DNA of 64,000 nt from Thermoanaerobaculia bacterium (GTDB lineage Bacteria; Acidobacteriota; Thermoanaerobaculia; Multivoradales; UBA5704), in NCBI GenBank assembly GCA_036503335.1, contig DASXXC010000164.1, positions 7,758 through 71,757 of the forward strand, read 5' to 3'. This document shows, piece by piece, positions 57,870 to 64,000 of this stretch; within the stretch, counting starts at the first letter, position 1; each line of letters opens with the position of its first letter. A program made the position numbers and the translations under genes. The notes below the pieces were generated by a model. That model had not been told where the DNA came from, did not search any database, and saw only the letters and a list, made by a program, of their open reading frames with translations.

Positions 57870-58061
57870 CGGTTGGACGTGCTCGCCCACGGCGGCGATC
57901 CGGTCTCCCTGGAAGACCACGGTCCCCTTCGGGATCACCCGGGTGCCGTCGAAGACACGGACGTTGGTGATGGCGACCGGAGCGGTCTGAGCCGAAGCCC
58001 CGGAACCGAAGCTCCCGGCCAGCAGCAGGCCGGAGAGCAGGAGATGCTTGCATCGGATCAT
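57870..58061 (-). pseudogene. 5' remnant (about 64 codons) of an amidohydrolase-family gene
   Basis: A signal peptide plus ITNVRVFDGTRVIPKGTVVFQGDRIAAVG is the standard N-terminus of secreted amidohydrolases. The metal-binding HxH and the rest of the barrel are missing. The remainder of ORF 57327-58061 is antisense to the RES gene. Confidence 0.5.
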
Positions 58062-58167
58062 GGTGTTTTCCTCCTAGGCAAGCTAAGTATCCCGAGGCGT
58101 GGAAAGGTGACTCCAGGATGGAATGTCAGGAAATGGGGATGACGTTTGTCAGAGGACGGCGGCGTAG

Positions 58168-59727
58168 CTACTGGATGTAGCCGAGCGCGCGGAGCCGTCT
58201 CTTCGTCTCCTCGTCCTCGGCGTTATCCGTCCGGCCCTTCTCGGCCGGCAGGCGCGGCGCCCGGGCCGCCGGGATCGTGCGGGGCGGGTGGCGGTCCAGG
58301 TAGCCGGGATCGATCAGGGCCCGCTGGAATTGCCCTTCGAGGTCGTCCGGTATCGGCTGACCGGCCAGGTAGGCCATCAGAGGGGCGATGTCGAGCACCG
58401 AGAGCCGCAGCCTGCCGGGCCGGTGACGGATCGCCGGCCCGGCCGCGAAGAAGATTCCCACGGGGTCGTGCTCGCCCGTGAAGTCGTGCTCGGCGGCGAG
58501 CGTGCCCGCCGGCACGCGCTTCCCATCGACGAGGAAATACCCCTCCCTCAAGGCGCGCTCGAACGCCTCCGGCCGGACGAGCGCGGCATAGACGGCGTAC
58601 GCCGGCAGCGTCTCCCGGAGGCTCTGCGCGAACCAGTCAGGATAGCCCTTGGTGTCCGTGGGCCTCTCCGGCACGTGCACGGTGACCGGGTCGAACGCGG
58701 GAGAGCCGCCGGGAGCGCGGATCTTCGCGACGAAGCCCGCCAGCTTCTGGAGCGCCTCTTCTTTCGCCGGCGCGTCGCCCGGGGTGAGCCGGACCGTCAG
58801 GTTCATGAAGCTGGAGAGGACCTCCAGGCCGTCCCGCCGTGGATCGAGCCCGGCCGTGGCCAGCAGCCAATCCTGCCGGATCCCCCAGCGCCGGTTGACC
58901 CGCGCGCTCGCCCGGAATCCGTGATCGGAGGCGATCAGGACGTGGTCCGCGGGGCCGAGAGACGCCACGATCTCGCCCACCGCCCGGTCCACCTCCCGGA
59001 CCGTGCGCGGGAGGATGCCGGTGAAGCGCGGATCGGCCCCGGGAGGGGGGGAGCCGCCCGGGACGGTGTACCAGAAACGGTGCCCCATCTGATCGAGAGC
59101 GTAGAACGTCACCGCCCCCACCTCCGGCCGGAGCTCCTTCCAGAGCCGGTTCCAGTAGCGGGGTTTCTCGCGGACCTCGCGCTGGATGTTGGCCACGATC
59201 TCCTCCGGGCTCCCCAGGTTGGAGACGGAGTAGGCGTAACGGGGGAGCCGGATGCGCTGGAACAGGTCCGGCGGCCACACGCTGTCGTCGCGGCGGAGCC
59301 AGCCGGGCACCACGAAGCCGTTGGGCAGGTGGTGCGGCGGCCAGGTCACCAGATAGTCGTAGAGCCCCACCCGCAAGCCGCTGGCGGCGAACCGGTCCCA
59401 CAGGGTGGGGACCCGGATCGAATACCGGTCGGCGTAGAAGAACCTGACGCCGTGGGCCTCGGGACGCCGGCCGGTGGCGATCGAGGTCCAGACCACGGGG
59501 GAGAGCACCGGCGCCACGGACGCCAGGTCGGCCGAGACTCCACGCTCCTGGAGCGCCCGGAGATGCGGGAGCTGGCCCGCCTCGATCATCGGAGCGATCA
59601 GGTTCCACGATCCGCCGTCCAGGCCGATCAGGACGATCCGGCCTCGCGGCTCCGGACGGGCTCGGCATCCGGCGAGCAGCAGAAGCCCAAGGAGGACGGC
59701 TCGCGCCACGGCGGGTGAGCTTTTCAT
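58168..59727 (-). CDS. Alkaline-phosphatase-superfamily protein (type I phosphodiesterase / nucleotide pyrophosphatase-like), lipoprotein
   Basis: Lipobox LLLLAGC. GLDGGSW, SPVVWTSIATG and IASDHGF are present. Confidence 0.8.
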   Translation of the reverse strand: MKSSPAVARAVLLGLLLLAGCRARPEPRGRIVLIGLDGGSWNLIAPMIEAGQLPHLRALQERGVSADLASVAPVLSPVVWTSIATGRRPEAHGVRFFYADRYSIRVPTLWDRFAASGLRVGLYDYLVTWPPHHLPNGFVVPGWLRRDDSVWPPDLFQRIRLPRYAYSVSNLGSPEEIVANIQREVREKPRYWNRLWKELRPEVGAVTFYALDQMGHRFWYTVPGGSPPPGADPRFTGILPRTVREVDRAVGEIVASLGPADHVLIASDHGFRASARVNRRWGIRQDWLLATAGLDPRRDGLEVLSSFMNLTVRLTPGDAPAKEEALQKLAGFVAKIRAPGGSPAFDPVTVHVPERPTDTKGYPDWFAQSLRETLPAYAVYAALVRPEAFERALREGYFLVDGKRVPAGTLAAEHDFTGEHDPVGIFFAAGPAIRHRPGRLRLSVLDIAPLMAYLAGQPIPDDLEGQFQRALIDPGYLDRHPPRTIPAARAPRLPAEKGRTDNAEDEETKRRLRALGYIQ

Positions 59728-59784
59728 CGGGCCGTATTATAGGGGCCCCCGCCGATCTACAATTCTCCTCCAAGGAGGAAGACC

Positions 59785-60213
59785 ATGTCTGAAGAGCTGG
59801 ACCTCAAGCAGGTCGTCGAGGGCAACGACGGGATCTCGGTGATCCGGGGGAGCGGCACCTGCCGCGGCTGGAACAACATTCAGTACAAGGCCGGCCTGTC
59901 GGCCAAGAACGTCAACGCCAGGAAGCTGTCGATGAACGTGGCCACGATCCCGCCCGGGGGCGTGGCCTACGCCCACATCCACGTCGACTTCGAGGTGATG
60001 CTCTACATCCTCCAGGGGCGGGTCCGCCACGAGTACGGCCCGGGCCTCAAGAAGGCGGTGGAGAACCAGGCCGGGGACTTCATCTTCATCGAGCCCGGCG
60101 TCCCCCACGAGGTTTTCAACCTGAGCGACACCGAGCCCGTGGTGGCGGTGGTCGCCCGCTCGGACGCCTCCGAGTGGGAGAACATCGTGAATTACGACCG
60201 GAACAGCGAGTAG
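59785..60213 (+). CDS. Cupin-domain protein
   Basis: G(X)5HxH-like AYAHIHVDFE, then GDFIFIEPGVPHEVFN. Confidence 0.8.
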   Translation: MSEELDLKQVVEGNDGISVIRGSGTCRGWNNIQYKAGLSAKNVNARKLSMNVATIPPGGVAYAHIHVDFEVMLYILQGRVRHEYGPGLKKAVENQAGDFIFIEPGVPHEVFNLSDTEPVVAVVARSDASEWENIVNYDRNSE

Positions 60214-60358
60214 GCGCCCGGGGATCAATCCCCGGGCTACGAATCCAACGAAAAGCCGGCTGAAGCCGGCTCTGAAGTCAGAGCCTCCCCTCCGGGAGCC
60301 GGGTTCACCCGGCTTTTCGTTTGAATCGTAGCCGGGGCATTCATGCCCGGGCGGACCG
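60214..60358. repeat. Nested-palindrome intergenic element, copy 3
   Basis: GCGCCCGGGGATCAATCCCCGGGCTAC ... CGAAAAGCCGGCTGAAGCCGGCT ... AGCCGGGTTCACCCGGCTTTTCG ... GTAGCCGGGGCATTCATGCCCGGGCGG. It starts immediately after the cupin stop. Confidence 0.8.
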
Positions 60359-60453
60359 GCCCCATCTTTGCCTCAGTCCATAGATCCATTACAATAAGCG
60401 CCATAGTCGAGAGGCAATTCCGCTCTCACGGCCAGGAGGAGGATGTTTCTCCC

Positions 60454-61773
60454 ATGCCCCTACTCCGGAGGATTGGTGTTTTTGTGCTCGGGTGGGCGGG
60501 TTTCCTGGTAGCGACGACTCCAGCCGGCGCGGGCCTCGTGCCGGTCGCGACCTCGGCGCAGCTCCTCGCCGCGGTCAACAGCGCCCAGCCGGGCGACGTC
60601 ATCACGCTGGCGCCCGGGACCTACGACCTCAGCCAGACCCTCTACTGTGACACCCCCGGCACCGCCTCGCAGCCGATCACGGTGCAGGCCGCGGCCCTGG
60701 GGTCGGCCAAGATCCGCTTCAACACGGTCGAGGGGTTCCGCGTCTCGGCCCCCTACTGGGACTTCGAGAACCTGGACATCCAGGGAGTCTGCGCCTCGCA
60801 CAGCGACTGCGAGCACGCCTTCCACATCGGCGGCGGCGGGGACTTCACCCGCATCCGCAACTCCCGCCTGCACGACTTCAACGCCGAGATCAAGGGGAAC
60901 GGCGACGGCACCCCGCCGGTCTTCCCCAACGACGTGCTGATCGAGGGGAACGAGCTGTTCGACTCCGCGCCGCGCCAGACCTCGAACCCGGTGACGCCGA
61001 TCGACGTCGTGGGCGGGCGCCGCTGGGTGATCCGGGGCAACTTCATCCACGACCACGCCAAGGCCCAGGGGGACCAGATCAGCTACGCCGCCTTCCTCAA
61101 GGGGAACTCCCGCAACGGCACCTTCGAGCGCAATCTGGTGATCTGTGAGCGGGACACCACCGGGTTCATCCGCCTCGGACTGTCGTTCGGCGGGGGAGGG
61201 ACCTCGCCGGAGTCGATCTGCGAGGACGGCACCTGCACGCCGGAGCACCAGAACGGCATCATGCGCAACAACATCATCGTGAGCTGCCCGGCGGACGTGG
61301 GGATCTACCTCAACAAGGCCCAGGGGGCGGGGATCTACAACAACACCCTCTACAACACCACAGGGATCGACGTCCGCTTCACCGCGAGCACGGCCGACCT
61401 GCGGGACAACCTCCTCTCGGGGGCGATCCGCAACCGGGACGGCGGCACCAGCACTCAAGGATCGAACCTCACCGGGATCACCCCGGCCCAGTGGGCCGCC
61501 TGGTTCGTGAGCCCGGCCCTCGCCAACTTCGCCCTCCTCAACGGCTCCCAGATCGTCAACCTCGGCCAGCCCCTGGCTCAGGTGACCGACGACTACTGCG
61601 GCAAGCTGCGCAGCGACGGCGCCCCGGACCTCGGAGCGGTCGAGTACGGCGGCCTCGGGATCTGCGACACCACCAAGCCCGGCAGCGGCAGTGGGGGAAG
61701 CGGAGGAGGAACCGCGCTCCTCCGCGACGGCTTCGAGTCGGGCGGGGTGGGGGCGTGGACGGCGGAGCCGTGA
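60454..61773 (+). CDS. Secreted right-handed parallel beta-helix protein, polysaccharide-lyase-like (PL6/chondroitinase-B-like N-terminus)
   Basis: Start is ATG 60454 with a signal peptide. VATSAQLLAAVNSAQPGDVITLAPGTYD is the typical lyase N-terminus, followed by repeated NN(I/T)(I/L) beta-helix rungs. Confidence 0.75.
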   Translation: MPLLRRIGVFVLGWAGFLVATTPAGAGLVPVATSAQLLAAVNSAQPGDVITLAPGTYDLSQTLYCDTPGTASQPITVQAAALGSAKIRFNTVEGFRVSAPYWDFENLDIQGVCASHSDCEHAFHIGGGGDFTRIRNSRLHDFNAEIKGNGDGTPPVFPNDVLIEGNELFDSAPRQTSNPVTPIDVVGGRRWVIRGNFIHDHAKAQGDQISYAAFLKGNSRNGTFERNLVICERDTTGFIRLGLSFGGGGTSPESICEDGTCTPEHQNGIMRNNIIVSCPADVGIYLNKAQGAGIYNNTLYNTTGIDVRFTASTADLRDNLLSGAIRNRDGGTSTQGSNLTGITPAQWAAWFVSPALANFALLNGSQIVNLGQPLAQVTDDYCGKLRSDGAPDLGAVEYGGLGICDTTKPGSGSGGSGGGTALLRDGFESGGVGAWTAEP

Positions 61774-61826
61774 AGACCTCCCTCCAAAGCTGATACCATC
61801 CCACCTCCGCAGTCGGAGGTTGAATC

Positions 61827-62582
61827 GTGCCGGATTTCCAGCAGTACATCGGGGTGCGCTACTCGGGCCGCAAGGACCCGGGCGACCCCATCCGTGAGAT
61901 CAAGGTCTTCGCCGCCGTGGAGGATCACGAGGTCTTCCGCGAGCTGAACCAGGGGCATCCTTCCGGCCGGTGGAGCCGGCGGGACCTCGCCGAATGGCTG
62001 CTCGGCAGGATCACCGGCCCCGAGCCGGTCGTGGTTGGGATCGACCACGCCTTCTCCTTCCCCCAGAGCTACATGGATCGGCACGACCTGAAGAGCTGGG
62101 ACGCCTTCCTCCAGGATTTCGAGGAGAACTGGCCGACGCACAAGCTCGCCGTCCGCGAGCTGCTGCCGGGCAACCCCCGCACCGGCGATCCGGACGAGCA
62201 CCGCCTCGCCGGCCAGTGGACCGCCTTCCCCAAGAGCGTCTTCCAGTTCGACATCCAGGACAGCCTCGCCAAGGCCACCCACGCCGGGCTCCCCTGGATC
62301 GACTATCTCCGCCGCGCCGGCGACCGGGCCCACTTCTGGCCGTTCGACGGCTTCGAGGTCAAGAAGGGGAGATCGGTGGTGGCCGAGGTGCGGCCCGCCC
62401 GTCTGCGCCACCGCTACCGCAAAGAAGGGTTGGCGCAGCAGGAGCAGGACGCCTACGCCATCTGCGCCTGGCTCCAGGAGCGCGATCAGCTCGGCCTGCT
62501 GCGCCCCTACTTCACGCCGCCGCTCTCCGAGGAGGAGAAGGACCGGGCGCGGCTGGAGGGTTGGATCCTTGGAGTGGCCTGA
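61827..62582 (+). CDS. Conserved-looking hypothetical protein (251 aa)
   Basis: GTG start with coding-like composition. Features such as VVVGIDHAFSFP and DAYAICAWL hint at an RNase-H-like/DUF429-like fold, but I cannot assign it. Confidence 0.55.
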   Translation: MPDFQQYIGVRYSGRKDPGDPIREIKVFAAVEDHEVFRELNQGHPSGRWSRRDLAEWLLGRITGPEPVVVGIDHAFSFPQSYMDRHDLKSWDAFLQDFEENWPTHKLAVRELLPGNPRTGDPDEHRLAGQWTAFPKSVFQFDIQDSLAKATHAGLPWIDYLRRAGDRAHFWPFDGFEVKKGRSVVAEVRPARLRHRYRKEGLAQQEQDAYAICAWLQERDQLGLLRPYFTPPLSEEEKDRARLEGWILGVA

Positions 62583-62625
62583 AGGAGACCTTTCCTCCTC
62601 GACCGCCAGCCGGAGCAGATGACCG

Positions 62626-63087
62626 GAGCCGGCGAACGGCTTATCGGAGCCTGAGACAGGTTCCTCAGAATCCGCGGTTGGCTCACCAGAGCCTGAGGCA
62701 GGTTCCTCAGATCCGGCGGACGGCTCACCAGAGCCTGAGGTGGGGAGCTCAGAGCCTATGGACGGCTCACCGGAACCCGAGGTGGGAACCTCAGATCCGA
62801 CGGACGGCTTACCAGAGCCTGAGGCGAGAACCTCAGAGCCTATGGACGGCTCACCAGAGCCCGAGGCAGGAACCTCGGAGCCTGCGGACGGCTTACCAGA
62901 GCTCGAGGCGGGAACCTCGGAGCCTGCGGACGGCTCTGGTGATCCGTTGATCGGCCCAGCAGTGCCTGAGGCTGAGCCCCCGGATCTCGAGGTTGGCTCT
63001 GGTGAGCCACCGAAAGACCCTCAGGGGCGGGTGGCTGGCTCCGGTGAGCCTTCCATCGGTTCCGCGGCAGGCGCCGTGAAGCCACCG
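62626..63087 (+). repeat. 22 contiguous 21-bp units; the first 15 alternate GAGCCTGAGGCAGGAACCTCA / GAGCCTGCGGACGGCTCACCA, giving a 42-bp super-repeat
   Basis: Every unit boundary falls exactly 21 nt apart from 62626 to 63087, with no indels. The array is in phase with an open frame encoding (E/D)PxxGxx heptads. Confidence 0.8.
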
Positions 63088-63187
63088 AACGGTCGTCCCC
63101 AGTTGGGACGCGGCGATCGGCACGGAGCTGGGCGATGCACGAGTGACCCTTGGAATATCAGCTCGACAAAGGTTGTTGCAACGAACG

Positions 63188-63655
63188 ATGAGCGGCAACC
63201 TCAAGCGGGAGATTCAACAGGAGAAGCCCTTCGTCAGCCTGGAGGAGGAAGCCTTCCTCGGCCTTCAGCGGACGGCGAGCCTGCTCATCCAGGCGCTGGG
63301 GAGAGAGCTCAAGGGGTACGACCTCACGCCGGCCCAGTACAACACGCTGCGTATCCTCCGCGGAGCCCAGCCGGACTCTCTCACCTGCGGTGAGATCGGC
63401 GAACGGCTGGTCAGCCCGGGGCCGGACGTGACGCGCCTTCTCGACCGGCTGGAGCAGGGGGGCCTCGTCACCCGGCTCCGTGACGCCGAGGACCGGCGGG
63501 TGGTGCGGGCGCGGATCACCGGGAAGGGGATCGACCTCCTGGACCGCCTCGACCAGCCGGTGGGCGAGATGCTCGCCCGGCTGCTCGGCAATCTCGGCCC
63601 GGCGAAGCTGAGGTCCCTGGTCGGGCTGCTGGAGCAGGCCAGGGCGAGAGCGTAG
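63188..63655 (+). CDS. MarR-family transcriptional regulator
   Basis: Start is ATG 63188. The winged helix reads LTPAQYNTLRILRGA...LTCGEIGERL...DVTRLLDRLEQGGLVTRLRDAEDRRVV. Confidence 0.85.
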   Translation: MSGNLKREIQQEKPFVSLEEEAFLGLQRTASLLIQALGRELKGYDLTPAQYNTLRILRGAQPDSLTCGEIGERLVSPGPDVTRLLDRLEQGGLVTRLRDAEDRRVVRARITGKGIDLLDRLDQPVGEMLARLLGNLGPAKLRSLVGLLEQARARA

Positions 63656-63721
63656 GCAAATTTTTTTGACCCGATAGTTGTTGGAACGGACATCGTAAGG
63701 ACAACGAAAGGACTCACCATC

Positions 63722-64000
63722 ATGCGTAAACCGATCGCAGGCATCCATCACGTCACCGCCATGGCCGGCGACCCGCAGGCGAACGTCGATTTCTATACGG
63801 GCGTCCTGGGGCTGCGGCTGGTGAAGAAGACGGTGAACTTCGACGATCCCGGCACCTACCACCTCTACTATGGCGACGAGGTGGGGCATCCGGGGACCAT
63901 CATGACCTTCTTCCCCTGGCCGATGGCGCGCCGGGGCGTGCAGGGGGCCGGGCAGGCGACCGTGACCGCCTTCTCGGTGCCCGAGGGCTCGCTCGGCTTC
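63722..64000 (+). CDS. VOC/glyoxalase-family ring-cleaving dioxygenase (MhqA/YfiE-like); the 3' end lies outside the window
   Basis: My own translation from ATG 63722 gives MRKPIAGIHHVTAMAGDPQANVDFYTGVLGLRLVKKTVNFDDPGTYHLYYGDEVGHPGTIMTFFPW. The frame is open to the window end and is not in the ORF track because it has no stop. Confidence 0.75.
   Translation, partial: MRKPIAGIHHVTAMAGDPQANVDFYTGVLGLRLVKKTVNFDDPGTYHLYYGDEVGHPGTIMTFFPWPMARRGVQGAGQATVTAFSVPEGSLGF

Noticed and set aside
62740-63393. 217-aa ORF through the 21-bp repeats, considered as an intact gene
   Set aside because: Its GTG start lies in the middle of the repeat array with no RBS. It overlaps marR by about 206 nt in another frame, and its post-repeat translation is Arg/Gly/Pro nonsense. 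It is kept only as a repeat or possible relic (see finding).

Overview
High-GC (about two-thirds G+C by eye) bacterial chromosomal segment, densely coding, with about 55 protein genes. I saw no rRNA, tRNA, CRISPR array, integrase or transposase. Many long ORFs in the track are Arg/Gly/Pro-rich shadow frames of real genes and were discarded. The track also translates GTG/TTG starts as M, so several starts were re-placed.

Gene content from left to right:
- the 3' end of a LanB-type dehydratase gene
- a 1157-aa SF1 (Upf1/DNA2-like) helicase, convergent with a Uma2 endonuclease
- an EmrAB/TolC-type efflux operon with an AT-rich palindromic operator region
- three tandem M28 peptidase paralogues behind a good sigma54 promoter, with a GAF-type sigma54 activator immediately upstream
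- a split AcvB/VirJ pair
- a GSU2403-type nucleotidyltransferase-fold protein
- a YncE/phosphoesterase fusion
- ppdK, mutL and rnc
- an AI-2E transporter
- a low-GC islet holding a small protein and a two-HKD phospholipase-D-like protein
- an RsbQ/KAI2-like hydrolase coupled to a PAS hybrid histidine kinase
- a ZIP transporter
- a tightly packed seven-gene minus-strand cluster: PoxB-like TPP enzyme, enolase-superfamily enzyme, ASRT homologue, FAD/Fe-S oxidase, SDR, GDE-like glucosidase and VKOR
- a deaminase-fold protein, followed by a YciI-like gene and a frameshifted RHH antitoxin relic
- a secreted HExxH protease, PPK2, HicAB, trxC, a desaturase, another M28 peptidase and kynA
- a RES/Xre (ParST/MbcTA-type) toxin-antitoxin cassette that seems to have truncated an amidohydrolase gene
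- a phosphodiesterase, a cupin, a beta-helix lyase-like protein, and MarR plus a ring-cleaving dioxygenase

Most interesting leads:
1. The orphan H-A-E...P-C-x-x-C deaminase-fold protein at 47126-48100, whose C-terminal half has sharply lower GC than its own N-terminus.
2. A ~145-bp nested-palindrome element present three times, each time directly after a stop codon.
3. Two arrays of strictly 21-bp-periodic repeats. The larger one shows a codon-like (synonymous-site) substitution pattern but has no usable start or stop.
4. The low-GC PLD islet.
5. The RsbQ-like hydrolase / PAS kinase pair.
6. The sigma54-controlled M28 triplication, in which one copy has lost a predicted zinc ligand.

All functional calls come from motif and family recognition by eye. 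No searches were run.
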